A DNA stretch of 64,000 nucleotides from Myxococcota bacterium. GTDB lineage: Bacteria > Myxococcota_A > UBA9160 > UBA6930. The stretch lies in NCBI GenBank assembly GCA_965223415.1, contig OZ245002.1, forward strand, positions 288,001 to 352,000. Direction: 5' to 3'. Positions 37,338-47,585 of this stretch are shown here, in pieces (positions within the stretch are counted from its first letter, which is position 1; each line of letters starts with the position of its first letter). Made by a program: the position numbers and the translations under genes. The notes below the pieces were generated by a model, which was given only the letters and a program-made list of their open reading frames with translations, searched no databases and had not been told where the DNA came from.

Positions 37338-38843
37338 CTAGGTGGGCTCGAACCGCAGACGATCCCCGTCGGGGTGGACCCGGCCCCGGCTTCCCACCTT
37401 CTCCCGGCTCACGAAGAGATCGAGGACGCCCGGATCCGCGGGCAGCTGCGCCAGGAAGCGCTCGCCGGCGTCGCTGGTTCCGACGACCACGCCCCGGGCG
37501 AGAGCGCCCTCGCGATCGTAGAGCACCGTGTAGGCGTCGACGTTGGCGGCGCCCGAGGCGTCGTCTCGCACGTCCAGGGGCTTCGGTCCCACCTGGACCG
37601 GGGCCTCGACCGGCGCACCGACCGGCTGGGTGGGCGGGCGCGTGGACCATACGCAGCCGGCGTGCTTGGTGAGGTACCAGCCGTTGCCGGTGGTCAAGCC
37701 GAGGCTTCCGTCGCCGTCACGCAAGCGGGCGGCCATCGCGGCGACGCCGTGCATCGCGTAGTTGCTGCCCGGTCCGCCGTGGTAGGGGAGCCCGCCGGTC
37801 ACGGTGAGGCCCCGCGCGTCGTCCTCGGCCACGCCGTAGGCTTCACAGGCCATCTCCACGGCCACCGGGAAGCAGCTGTAGAAGTCGATCGCGTCCAGGG
37901 CGCCGGGCTCGACCCGGGCCCGGGCCAGCACGCGCCGGGCACACTCCTCGAGGGCCGGAGAGCGCCCGAGGGCCGCACGCTGGCTCACGTACCACGCGCG
38001 TTCCTCGGTGTGCGCACCGCCCCTCCAATAGAGCAAGCGGTCCTCGGGGATGCCCCGCGCCCGCGCCGCGGCGGCCGAGCACAGGATCACCGCGGCACCC
38101 TGATCCGTGTCGAGTACCGCGTTCAGGTACTTCGGGTAGGGGTGCGCGATCATGCGGTTGGCGGGCGTCACGGTCACCAGCTCTTCCGCCGAGCGCTCGA
38201 CGGGGAACCAGGCGTAGGGGTTGCCGGCGGCGACGCGGGTGAAGGGTGCCATCAGCTCGCCCAGGGCGCGCAGGTGCGTCTGGGGGCTGCGGCCCCGGCG
38301 CGCGCGGGTCGCGGTCTCGAGGAGCGGATAGAAGGAGATCGGCTGATCGAGGCCGTACCGGGCCTCCCGCTCGTCGTGGCCCATGCGAAAGGTGCCGATG
38401 CGGTCGGGCTCGTCGCCGCTGCCGCTCCGGGCGAGCCAGGGCAGGCCGCGACCCTCGCGCTCGGCGAGGCGCAGGGTCCGCATCGGGTTCAGTCCGGCGA
38501 GCAGGGCGACCTGGCTGCGGCCGGCGGCGATCCGCTCGGCCGCGGCGTTCACCAGCAGGATCGCCGCTTCGCCGCCGTTGGCGGTCTCGAGAAAGCTGCG
38601 GGCCCTCGCGCCCAGCCGTTCGGCCAGAGCGCGAGGGCCGTTCCGCGGTCGCCATCCCGCGACGGGCACGAGCCCCACCGTGTCCACGGCATCGAGGAGC
38701 TTGTCATCGGCCCGGGCATCCCTGGCGGCCCCACGGGCCACGCCCTCGAGCACCGAGAGGGGCTCGAGGACATCGTCCAGGGACGCATTGCGCTGGATCC
38801 ACTGAGCCGCGCCGACCAGGACCGGCAAGCGCTCGTCGTTCAC
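37338..38843 (-). CDS. Thiolase-like acetyl-CoA acetyltransferase with C-terminal extension
   Basis: PVLVGAAQ, DQGAAVIL, DFYSCFPVAV, TVTGGLPYHGGPG, TKH; GGAGG RBS before GTG. Confidence 0.85.
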   Translation of the reverse strand: MNDERLPVLVGAAQWIQRNASLDDVLEPLSVLEGVARGAARDARADDKLLDAVDTVGLVPVAGWRPRNGPRALAERLGARARSFLETANGGEAAILLVNAAAERIAAGRSQVALLAGLNPMRTLRLAEREGRGLPWLARSGSGDEPDRIGTFRMGHDEREARYGLDQPISFYPLLETATRARRGRSPQTHLRALGELMAPFTRVAAGNPYAWFPVERSAEELVTVTPANRMIAHPYPKYLNAVLDTDQGAAVILCSAAAARARGIPEDRLLYWRGGAHTEERAWYVSQRAALGRSPALEECARRVLARARVEPGALDAIDFYSCFPVAVEMACEAYGVAEDDARGLTVTGGLPYHGGPGSNYAMHGVAAMAARLRDGDGSLGLTTGNGWYLTKHAGCVWSTRPPTQPVGAPVEAPVQVGPKPLDVRDDASGAANVDAYTVLYDREGALARGVVVGTSDAGERFLAQLPADPGVLDLFVSREKVGSRGRVHPDGDRLRFEPT

Positions 38844-39079
38844 GGGTGGCCTCCGCTCGAGGGGAGGCCGCGGGGCCCCCCTCCCCGCCTCCGGAGAGAG
38901 CAAGCGCCATGCCGCGGGGGCGCAGCGCTGGCGCCGGGAGGCCCGGCGAGACGAAGCACGGGGCCCAACCCGCCCCCCGGCCTGCGGCACCTCGCCCCAG
39001 CCAGGCGGCGGAGAGCGAGCCTCGATCCGCCCTGCGTGGTACGGAACATGCGAAACGGCACACCGGGAGGATGACACGC

Positions 39080-40297
39080 ATGGATGGTCTTCGTCTGATC
39101 GACCCCGCGGCCTACGCGAGCTCCGGCTATCCCCACGAGGAATGGGCAGCACTTCGTCGGAAGCCCCTCCAGTTCTTCGATCCGCCGGGCTGGCAGAGCT
39201 TCTGGGCGGTGACCCGCCACGCGGACATCGTGGAGGTCTCGAAGCAGCCGGACCGCTTCCTGAACGCGCCCGGCATGACCCTGGTCCGCGACGACATCGA
39301 CCGGGGAAGCTTCATGGAGATGCGGACCATCATCAACATGGATCCGCCTGACCATCGCAAGTTCCGCAAGGTGGCGAGCCCGTGGTTCACGCCTCGGGCC
39401 CTCGAGCGGCTCGACGGGCTGGTCGAGAAGACCGCTCGAGAGATCGTGGACGGCCTCGGCGCCGAGGGCGAGTGCGACTTCATCACCGAGGTGGCCTCGA
39501 TCCACCCGCTCAAGATCATCGCGCGCATTCTGGGCGTGCCGGAGGAGGACGAGCCCTTCATCCTGCGCGTCACGAACGAGCTGTTCGGCGCCGAGGATCC
39601 GGAGTTCCGTCGCGGCGAAGACCGGGAGGCGAACATCCGCGAGCTCGGCGCCGAGTTCTTCGAGTACTTCACCAAGGTGCTCGAGGCGCGGCGCAAGGAG
39701 CCCTCGGACGACCTGGTGAGCATCATCGCCAACGCCCAGGTGGACGGCGCGCCCATGGGGGTGGTCGAGACCATGGGCTACTGCCTGATCACCTTCACCG
39801 CCGGACACGAGACCACCCGAGGCGCCATCGGAGGCGGAATGCGGGCGCTGATCGAGCGCCCGGAGCAGCGCGCGCACTGGGCGAGGGAGCCCGAGCTGAC
39901 GCCGCTCGCGATCGACGAGATCATCCGCTTCGTCACGCCGGTCAACACCATGGTGCGTACGGCGACCGAGGACTACGAGCTCGGCGGGGCGACGGTCTCG
40001 GCGGGTGACCGGCTGGTCCTCTTCTACGCCTCGGCCAATCGGGACGATGCGGTGTTCGACGCGCCGGACGAGCTCCGGCTCGACCGGCATCCGAACCCGC
40101 ACCTGGCCTTCGGGATCGGCGAGCACTTCTGCCTCGGCGCCCACCTGGCCCGCAAGACCAGCGGCTCGCTCTTCCGGGAGCTGGTGCCGCGGCTCCGGGA
40201 GATCGAGCCCCTGGCCGAGCCCCAGCGGACCGCCTCGAACCTGGTGCCGGGCATCAAGCACCTGCCCATCCGCTACGCCATCGCGCCGGGAGCCTGA
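39080..40297 (+). CDS. Cytochrome P450
   Basis: MDPPDH, AGHETT, EIIR (ExxR), FGIGEHFCLGA heme motif. Confidence 0.95.
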   Translation: MDGLRLIDPAAYASSGYPHEEWAALRRKPLQFFDPPGWQSFWAVTRHADIVEVSKQPDRFLNAPGMTLVRDDIDRGSFMEMRTIINMDPPDHRKFRKVASPWFTPRALERLDGLVEKTAREIVDGLGAEGECDFITEVASIHPLKIIARILGVPEEDEPFILRVTNELFGAEDPEFRRGEDREANIRELGAEFFEYFTKVLEARRKEPSDDLVSIIANAQVDGAPMGVVETMGYCLITFTAGHETTRGAIGGGMRALIERPEQRAHWAREPELTPLAIDEIIRFVTPVNTMVRTATEDYELGGATVSAGDRLVLFYASANRDDAVFDAPDELRLDRHPNPHLAFGIGEHFCLGAHLARKTSGSLFRELVPRLREIEPLAEPQRTASNLVPGIKHLPIRYAIAPGA

Positions 40298-40331
40298 CCT
40301 TCCGCAACCTCCTTCCTCCGGGCGGGTTGGA

Positions 40332-40363
40332 GATGCAGGCTGGGAACCATCCCGGCCTGCATC
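40332..40363. terminator. 14-bp stem hairpin downstream of the P450
   Basis: GATGCAGGCTGGGA-ACCA-TCCCGGCCTGCATC (one G-U pair); no U-tract. Confidence 0.4.
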
Positions 40364-40381
40364 CCGATGGAAGGAGACGTC

Positions 40382-40864
40382 ATGCGCACGCTGCGCCCTG
40401 CCCTGGTTTCCCTGTTCCTGGTCCTCGTGGCCGCGCCCGGCCTCGCCCAGTCGACGACGGAGGTCGAGATCGATCGATCGCCGGACGAGCTGGCCCGCGT
40501 GCTCGTCGACCCGGTCGATCCGAACGATCCGGACGCGGTGGACAGCGCCCTGGTCTTCACCAGCCAGGGGGGGCCCGCCGCGGTCCGCTGCACGGCCCGA
40601 GACGGCCACGGCGATGCGATCGGCAGCCCCGTGATCGTGGCCGTCCCCGCCGGCGGCCTGCGCTGGATCCGCGCGTCGGATCTCTCGAACGGCGCCGACT
40701 TCATCGGCGGCGCCCACTGCACGAGCCTGGGCCCGGTCATCGGCTCGGGCTTCGTCGTGGGCCCGCGGGGCGCGACCGACCTGCGCGTGCGCGAGCATCG
40801 CAAGAGCGGCCGGGGCAAGCGCTACGTCGACCACCTGCGCTTCCCGGTCGTCGCCAGCGACTGA
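40382..40864 (+). CDS. Secreted hypothetical protein
   Basis: AAGGAG RBS; signal peptide ending GLA-Q; two Cys. Confidence 0.7.
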   Translation: MRTLRPALVSLFLVLVAAPGLAQSTTEVEIDRSPDELARVLVDPVDPNDPDAVDSALVFTSQGGPAAVRCTARDGHGDAIGSPVIVAVPAGGLRWIRASDLSNGADFIGGAHCTSLGPVIGSGFVVGPRGATDLRVREHRKSGRGKRYVDHLRFPVVASD

Positions 40865-41033
40865 AGCCCTTCGAGGCGCGGATCGGCGCCCCACCCGCCG
40901 ACCCGCGCCTCTCGGGCGATGCCACTTCCCCCCAAAATGCCCCTGACTCACGTTCAGGGAAATCTGCCTACCCTCCCTTGAGCGCCTCCTCGAACATGGC
41001 GACCATCACGGCTCGCCACGAGGAGACGCAATC

Positions 41034-41480
41034 ATGGGTTTGTTCGATTTCGTGAAGGAAGCCGGCGAGGGGCTGATGGATCAGCTCGGCAAGGGCTTCA
41101 AGGACGATTCGGCGGCGGTCCAGAAGAAGGTCGAGGATCTCGATCTCGGCCTCGAAGGGCTCCGGATCGAGGTGGACGGCGAGAAGGCCGTCGTGAAGGG
41201 GAAGGCCGCCGACCAGGGGGCCAAGGAGAAGGCGGTCATCGCCGTGGGCAACACGCCCGGTATCGCCCAGGTGGACGACCAGGTGGAGGTCGACGCTCCG
41301 GCGGCGGAATCCCAGTACTACAAGGTCGTGAGCGGTGACTCGCTCTCGAAGATCGCCAAGGAGTTCTACGGGGACGCCATGAAGTACCCGGTGATCTTCG
41401 AGGCCAACCAACCCATGCTGAAGGACCCGGACAAGATCTACCCGGGCCAGGTCCTGCGCATTCCGCCGCTCGAGGGCTAG
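41034..41480 (+). CDS. kbp: BON-LysM protein (Kbp/YgaU family)
   Basis: MGLFDFVKEAGE, VGNTPGIAQVDDQ, YKVVSGDSLSKIAK, IFEANQPMLKDPDKIYPGQVLRIP. Confidence 0.92.
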   Translation: MGLFDFVKEAGEGLMDQLGKGFKDDSAAVQKKVEDLDLGLEGLRIEVDGEKAVVKGKAADQGAKEKAVIAVGNTPGIAQVDDQVEVDAPAAESQYYKVVSGDSLSKIAKEFYGDAMKYPVIFEANQPMLKDPDKIYPGQVLRIPPLEG

Positions 41481-41492
41481 AGGAGACCCCCC

Positions 41493-41933
41493 ATGAAGCT
41501 CTGGACGCTCTGCATCCTGGTGTTCGCGCTCGCCATGCCCCTCGGTTGCGGCCGCGACGAAGCGAAGAACATGGCCGACGAGGCCGCGGCTACGGCGGGC
41601 GACGCCATGGACGCGGCCCAGGACGCCGCCGCCGGCGCGGCCGAAGCCGCCGGCGACGCGGCGGCCGCCGCGGGCGAGGCCGCCGGCAACGCCGCAGCCG
41701 CCGCGGGCGAGGCCGCGGACACGATGGCCCAGGAGGCCCAGGACGCGGTGGCCGGCGCCGCCGAGGCGGTCGGCGAAGCGGCGGGCGATGACGCGGTCGC
41801 CGCCTGCCGGGCGCTCGCGGACGCGGGCAACTGGGGCGAGGCCCTCGAGGTGTGCCAGAAGGCCCACGAGCTCCTGCCGGACGATCTCGCCATCGAGCAC
41901 GCACTGCAGCAGGCCCAGGCCGCCGCCGAATAG
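41493..41933 (+). CDS. Ala/Asp/Glu-rich lipoprotein
   Basis: Lipobox PLGC; AAGDA/AAGEA repeats; short helical C-terminus with two Cys. Confidence 0.75.
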   Translation: MKLWTLCILVFALAMPLGCGRDEAKNMADEAAATAGDAMDAAQDAAAGAAEAAGDAAAAAGEAAGNAAAAAGEAADTMAQEAQDAVAGAAEAVGEAAGDDAVAACRALADAGNWGEALEVCQKAHELLPDDLAIEHALQQAQAAAE

Positions 41934-41985
41934 CACCGCTTGATCTCCGCCGGCCGGCTCGCGAGACTCGGCCGGCGGAGCACCG

Positions 41986-42567
<582 letters not shown>

Positions 42568-43571
42568 GCTCCCAGGTCGCACCCGTGAGCCCCAGGGCCT
42601 CCCGCGCCCGGTCGAGAGCGACCGGGCCGGAGCGGTCGGTGCCCGGGTGGGTCTCGAGACCAGCGCAGGGGTCGACCTCCCCGGCTTCGTCTTCGTCGCC
42701 CGCCGGCGGCACGAGGCCGGCCCCGAGCTCGGCGGCCAGGTGGTCGGCGATGCACACGACGCCGGCGAGGGGATGGGGGTAGCCCTCGATCTCGACGCGA
42801 TGATGGGCGCCGAGCACCCAGGGGAGCTCGGCCGGCAGGTCCCACAGCTTCGCCATCAGGGCGCCGGCCTCGCCGTGGGCCCCGTGGATCGCCGGCCAGA
42901 GCACCGAGAGATCCGGCGGCTTCTTGCGGCGCGGCGCCTCGCCCAGGGCGAGCAGGATGCCGGCGATGCCGACGTCGTGGAGCAGGCCGCAGAGGAAGGC
43001 GAACTCGGCCTCCACCGCGCTGCTGTACTTGCAGACCACCCGGCACAAGTGGGCGGTCGCCTGGCTGTGCTGCTTGAGCCGCGCCATGGGCGCTTCATAG
43101 GCGTCGCAGCGGAAGACGCGCAGGTTCATGGCCACCTGGAGCACGACGTCTCGCACGGTGAGGAGGCCGAGACGCATGAGCGCCCCCGAGAGGCTCTCGA
43201 TCTTCGCCGCGCCCGCGTAGGCCGGCGAGCTCGCCACCCGCAGAACCCGGGCGGCCAGCATCTCGTCGTTCTCGAGCAGCTCGACGACCTTGTCGATCTC
43301 CACGTCCGGGCTCTGGGAGAGGGAGAGCACCTGCTGGGCGGTCGACGGCAGCTCCGGCGGGCTGAAATCCGGTGCGCGGAAGGTAGCGAGCATCCGCTCC
43401 CGCAAGGCCTCCTCGTCCAGGAGGACGTCGTCGTCCACGTCGATGGACGCCTCGCCCCGCCCGTAGCCTTCCTCGTGCTTCGACTTGCCGCGCCGCTTCA
43501 TCGCGCCTCCCGTCGCAGCTCCATCGGCCGACGGGCGACGCTTCCACTGGGGCGAAAGCCCGAGTGTCGGC

Positions 43572-44186
43572 TCAGCCGCCCGCCTTCCGGGCCCGCTCCA
43601 TCGAGGGCCGGGCCTGACAGGCGGTGAACCAGCGCGCGACGTTGGCGTAGGGCGACAGGTCGTAGCCCACCATGCCCGAGAGCATGACGGCGCCCGCCAC
43701 GTTCAGGTCGGCGATGGTGAAGGCGCCGCCCAGCACGTGCTCGCGGCCCTCGAGGTGGGCATCCAGCACCTTGAGCGGCCGGGGCAGGGTCTTCTCCGCG
43801 GTCGCCACCCGCTCCGCCTGCCGCTGCTCCTCGGGCAGCATGAGTTTGTGGACGAGGATGTCCATGAAGGAGGGCTCGAGCTCGGTGAGCCCCCAGATCG
43901 ACCACTGCCAGGTGCGGGCCTCGTCGGCCGGATCCGTCGGGTAGAGGTCTCCGCCGTAGGTCTTCGCCAGGTAGAGGTTGATCGCCATCGACTCGAAGAG
44001 CGTGACGTCGCCGTCTACCAGCGCCGGGACGCGTCCGTTGGGGTTGATCGCCAGGTACTCGGGCTTCTTCGAGTCGCCGGCGAAGCTGGTGGGCACCAGC
44101 TCGTAGTCGATGCCGACCTCCTCGATGGCCCAGATCGAACGCAGGGCGCGGGAATTGACGACGCCGTAGAGGCGGGGCTTGCTCAT
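43572..44186 (-). CDS. Glutathione S-transferase family protein
   Basis: [26 protein letters not shown]. Confidence 0.92.
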   Translation of the reverse strand: MSKPRLYGVVNSRALRSIWAIEEVGIDYELVPTSFAGDSKKPEYLAINPNGRVPALVDGDVTLFESMAINLYLAKTYGGDLYPTDPADEARTWQWSIWGLTELEPSFMDILVHKLMLPEEQRQAERVATAEKTLPRPLKVLDAHLEGREHVLGGAFTIADLNVAGAVMLSGMVGYDLSPYANVARWFTACQARPSMERARKAGG

Positions 44187-44211
44187 GCAGGGACTCCTTC
44201 GGGCGCTAGAG

Positions 44212-44973
44212 CTAGAGCGAGACCAGGCCGCCGTCGATCGCGATCTCGGCGCCGTTCAGCAGGCGGGACTCGTCGGAAGCGAGGAAGAGCACGAGGTTCG
44301 CGACGTCCTCGGGCTGGCCGATCGCGCCTTCCATCGACATCTTCCCGAGCACGCCGAGGGTGGCGGGACCAGCGCCTTCCGCGAATCCGGCGAGCCCCTG
44401 GGTCATCGGCGTGTCGATGCCGCCGGGGTGGATCGAGTTGCAGCGCACGGGCAGCTCGAGCTGCATGCAGTGGGCGGCGACGGTCTTGGTCAGCAGGCGC
44501 ACACCACCCTTGCTGGCGCTGTAGGCCGCGAAGGGCGGCGTGCCGACGAGCCCCGCCGCCGACGAGAGGTTGACGATCGAGCCGCCCCGCTCGCGCATCA
44601 CGCGCAGCCCGTGCTTGCAGCCGAGGAAGACGCCGTCCAGGTTGACGGCCATGACCCGGCGCCACTCCTCGAGGGTGGTGTCCTCGACCGAGCGGACCAC
44701 GACGATGCCCGCGTTGTTCACCAGCACGTCGAGCCGGCCGAACCCGCCCAGGGTGTCGTCGACGACGCGTTCCCAGTCCGCCTCGTCCCGGACGTCGTGG
44801 CGCTGGAAGCGGGCCCGCTCGCCGAGCTCCTTGGCGGCGGCCTCGCCCGCCGCGGCGTCCAGGTCCGTGCACACGACCCGCGCGCCCTCTTGCGCCAGGC
44901 GGGCCGCCGTGGCCTTGCCCAGGCCGGAGGCGGCGCCGGTGACGAGAGCGACCTTGTCGGCGAGGCGTCCCAT
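44212..44973 (-). CDS. SDR (3-alpha/20-beta-hydroxysteroid dehydrogenase-like)
   Basis: TGAASGLG, NNAG, YSASKG, RCNSIHPG. Confidence 0.9.
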   Translation of the reverse strand: MGRLADKVALVTGAASGLGKATAARLAQEGARVVCTDLDAAAGEAAAKELGERARFQRHDVRDEADWERVVDDTLGGFGRLDVLVNNAGIVVVRSVEDTTLEEWRRVMAVNLDGVFLGCKHGLRVMRERGGSIVNLSSAAGLVGTPPFAAYSASKGGVRLLTKTVAAHCMQLELPVRCNSIHPGGIDTPMTQGLAGFAEGAGPATLGVLGKMSMEGAIGQPEDVANLVLFLASDESRLLNGAEIAIDGGLVSL

Positions 44974-44996
44974 GGCGGGCAGCATACCGCGGAGGA

Positions 44997-45671
44997 TCAG
45001 GAGCGGGTGGCGAGGTAGATCACGTGGCGTCGGCCACCCCGCCCCGGGCGCTCGTGACGCGGTGCGAAGCCGGCATCGCGGAGGCGCCGCTCGAAGGCCG
45101 GATCGGGATCTTCGGCCCAGATCGCCAGGAGGCCGCCCTCGGACAGGGCCGCCCGGGTCGTCGCCAGGGCGGCCTCACCGAAGTGGGGATCGCGCCGGGA
45201 GCGGCCGCCCGGAGCCGGCCCTTCGTAGAGATCGAGGACGACCGCGTCGAAAGGCGGAATGCGCCCTTCGGCGGCGTCGCGAATCGCCGCGGCGACGTCG
45301 CCGATCCGCACGGACACGCGCGGATCGTCCATCGCCTCGCCGTTCAGCTGGGCCAGGGGCCCGCGGCACCAGGCGACCATCGCCTCGTGGAGCTCCGCCA
45401 CGACGACCCGCGCGTCGTCGGCAAGCGCGTCGAGGATGGCGCGCAGGGTGCAGGCCATGCCGAGGCCACCGATCAGGACGCCCGGCCGGCGGCGCCCGGC
45501 GATGGCCGACGCCGCCCGCTCGCCGAGCGCCAGCTCCGAGCGGTTCGCTCGCGAGTTCATCAGCACCCGGCCGTCGACGGTGATCAGGAAGTCGTCGGGG
45601 CCGCGGCGGCGGAGCTCGAGCACACCGTCGGCGGTGGTCGCCTGCTGGAGGGTCTCCCAGGCGCGGCTCAC
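44997..45671 (-). CDS. Spermidine synthase-like SAM-dependent methyltransferase
   Basis: LMNSR..SE..L, VLIGGLGM, FDAVVLD. Confidence 0.82.
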   Translation of the reverse strand: MSRAWETLQQATTADGVLELRRRGPDDFLITVDGRVLMNSRANRSELALGERAASAIAGRRRPGVLIGGLGMACTLRAILDALADDARVVVAELHEAMVAWCRGPLAQLNGEAMDDPRVSVRIGDVAAAIRDAAEGRIPPFDAVVLDLYEGPAPGGRSRRDPHFGEAALATTRAALSEGGLLAIWAEDPDPAFERRLRDAGFAPRHERPGRGGRRHVIYLATRS

Positions 45672-45686
45672 GAAGGCGGACCGGGC

Positions 45687-46613
45687 TCAGCCGAGCCGCC
45701 CCTCGAGGAACCGGATCATGCGGTCGATGGCCGGCCGGGCCAGGGGCAGGAACTCCATCTGGGCGTAGCCGTGGGGCATGCCCTCGTCCTCGAAGTACTC
45801 GTGGTCGACGCCGGCGGCCTGGAGCTCCGCCCGGAGAGCGCGGGCCTGGGCCACGAGCGGGTCGGCCGTTCCGCACACCACGTGGGTGGGCGGGAGCTTG
45901 GCGGCCGCGTGGATCGGACTCACCCGGGGATCGCGAAGCAGGGCTTCGCCGCGCTCCTTGCCGAGATAGGAGCCCACCATCATCTCGATGAGCTGCTCGC
46001 CGAAGCCGTCGGGCAGGGTCGCAGCCATGGCCGCCATTTCCGGCGGAGGCTCCGCGTTCATCGTCGCGAAGTCGAAGACGCCGTAGATCAGCAGCGCCGC
46101 ACCGAGCTTCGGACCCGCGGGATCGTCGGCCAGGGTCGCCGCCACGGCGGCCGAGAGGTTGCCGCCCGCCGAGTCGCCGCCGACGGCCAGGCGCGAGGAA
46201 TCCCCGCCGTAGCTCTCCGCCTCCTTCGCCGCCCAGCGAACGGCTTCGAGGCAGTCCTCGAAAGGCGTCGGGAAGGGATGCTCCGGCGCCATGCGGTAGT
46301 CGACATTGACGACGAGGTGGCCGGCCTCGGCGAAGCGATGGGCCAGCTTCTTGTGGGTCGAGGGGCTGCCGCAGACCCAACCGCCCCCGTGCAGGTAGAC
46401 GAGGACCGGGTGCGGTCCCTCGCCCTTCGGCACGATGACGTCGGCGGAGAAGGCGCCGATCGGCACGGCGGCGTGGAAGGCGCCAACCTCGGGGAGATCG
46501 GCGTTCATGAAGCCGGCGAAGCCGTCGAGCAGGCGGCGCATGTCCTCCACCGTCTCCGGCGGCTTCGCCTGGAAGAGCTGGGTGAGGACGTCGGCGGGAA
46601 TCGGGTCGGACAT
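45687..46613 (-). CDS. HSL-family esterase/lipase
   Basis: HGGGW, DYRMAPEHPFP, GDSAGG, HGY. Confidence 0.92.
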   Translation of the reverse strand: MSDPIPADVLTQLFQAKPPETVEDMRRLLDGFAGFMNADLPEVGAFHAAVPIGAFSADVIVPKGEGPHPVLVYLHGGGWVCGSPSTHKKLAHRFAEAGHLVVNVDYRMAPEHPFPTPFEDCLEAVRWAAKEAESYGGDSSRLAVGGDSAGGNLSAAVAATLADDPAGPKLGAALLIYGVFDFATMNAEPPPEMAAMAATLPDGFGEQLIEMMVGSYLGKERGEALLRDPRVSPIHAAAKLPPTHVVCGTADPLVAQARALRAELQAAGVDHEYFEDEGMPHGYAQMEFLPLARPAIDRMIRFLEGRLG

Positions 46614-46686
46614 GCGGGCCTCCGTTCGGTGGAGGCGAGAGGGTAGCGTCGCTTGCGAGCGAGGTGGCGTTCGTTATCAGCACTCC

Positions 46687-47544
46687 ATGGACGAGACTCT
46701 CGCCGACCTGCTGACCCTGCTCGATCTCGAGCGCATCGAGCTGAACCTGTTCCGGGGCCTCTCGCCCCAGACCGGCTGGCAGCGGGTCTTCGGAGGGCAG
46801 GTGCTGGGCCAGGCCCTGGTGGCGGCACTGCGCACCGTCGAGGATCGCAGCGTCCACAGCTTCCACGGCTACTTCCTGCGGCCGGGCGACCCGAAGGTGC
46901 CGATCCTCTACGACGTGGACCGCATCCGGGACGGGAACAGCTTCACCACGCGGCGCGTGGTGGCGGTGCAGCACAGCCGAGCCATCTTCAACATGGCGGC
47001 TTCTTTCCAGGTGACCGAGGGAGGCTTCGACCACCAGGACGCGATGCCCGACGTGCCCGGTCCGGAAGGGCTCGCCAGCGAGGGCGAGCTGCGCGAGCGC
47101 ATCGCCCACCGGATCCCCGCCAGCTGGCGGGACACCTTCACCCGCCCGAAGCCCATCGAGGTGCGACCCGTCGACCCGGTCGACGAGTTCGAGCCCGAGA
47201 AGGCGCCGGCGCACCAGAGCATCTGGTTCCGCACCGTCGCTCCGATGCCCGAGGATCCGGCGCTCCACCAGTGCGTGCTGGCCTACGCCTCGGACATGAA
47301 CCTGCTCGACACCTGCCTGCGCCCCCATGCGGTGCCGTGGACCAACCCGAAGTTCCAGTCCGCCAGCCTCGACCACGCCATGTGGTTCCACCGCTCCTTC
47401 CGCACCGACGACTGGCTCCTCTACCGGACCGACAGCCCCAGCGCCTCCGGCGCCCGCGGCTTCAACCGCGGCAACATCTTCACCCGCGACGGCCGCCTCG
47501 TCGCCTCCTGCACCCAGGAAGGCCTGATCCGAATGCGCGATTGA
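46687..47544 (+). CDS. tesB: Acyl-CoA thioesterase II
   Basis: VFGGQVLGQA, HSFHGYFLRPGD, LAYASD, ASLDHAMWFH, QEGLIR. Confidence 0.93.
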   Translation: MDETLADLLTLLDLERIELNLFRGLSPQTGWQRVFGGQVLGQALVAALRTVEDRSVHSFHGYFLRPGDPKVPILYDVDRIRDGNSFTTRRVVAVQHSRAIFNMAASFQVTEGGFDHQDAMPDVPGPEGLASEGELRERIAHRIPASWRDTFTRPKPIEVRPVDPVDEFEPEKAPAHQSIWFRTVAPMPEDPALHQCVLAYASDMNLLDTCLRPHAVPWTNPKFQSASLDHAMWFHRSFRTDDWLLYRTDSPSASGARGFNRGNIFTRDGRLVASCTQEGLIRMRD

Positions 47545-47585
47545 GAAGCGGGGCCAGGGTCGAGATCAACGCTGGCCCCGTTTCT
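47544..47585. repeat. REP-like hairpin / bidirectional terminator overlapping the aminotransferase stop
   Basis: AGAAGCGGGGCCAG...CTGGCCCCGTTTCT between convergent genes. Confidence 0.6.

Noticed and set aside
43544..43566. GGGC-GAAA-GCCC tetraloop hairpin as a riboswitch
   Set aside because: Too short, on the strand antisense to both flanking genes, and without other aptamer elements.
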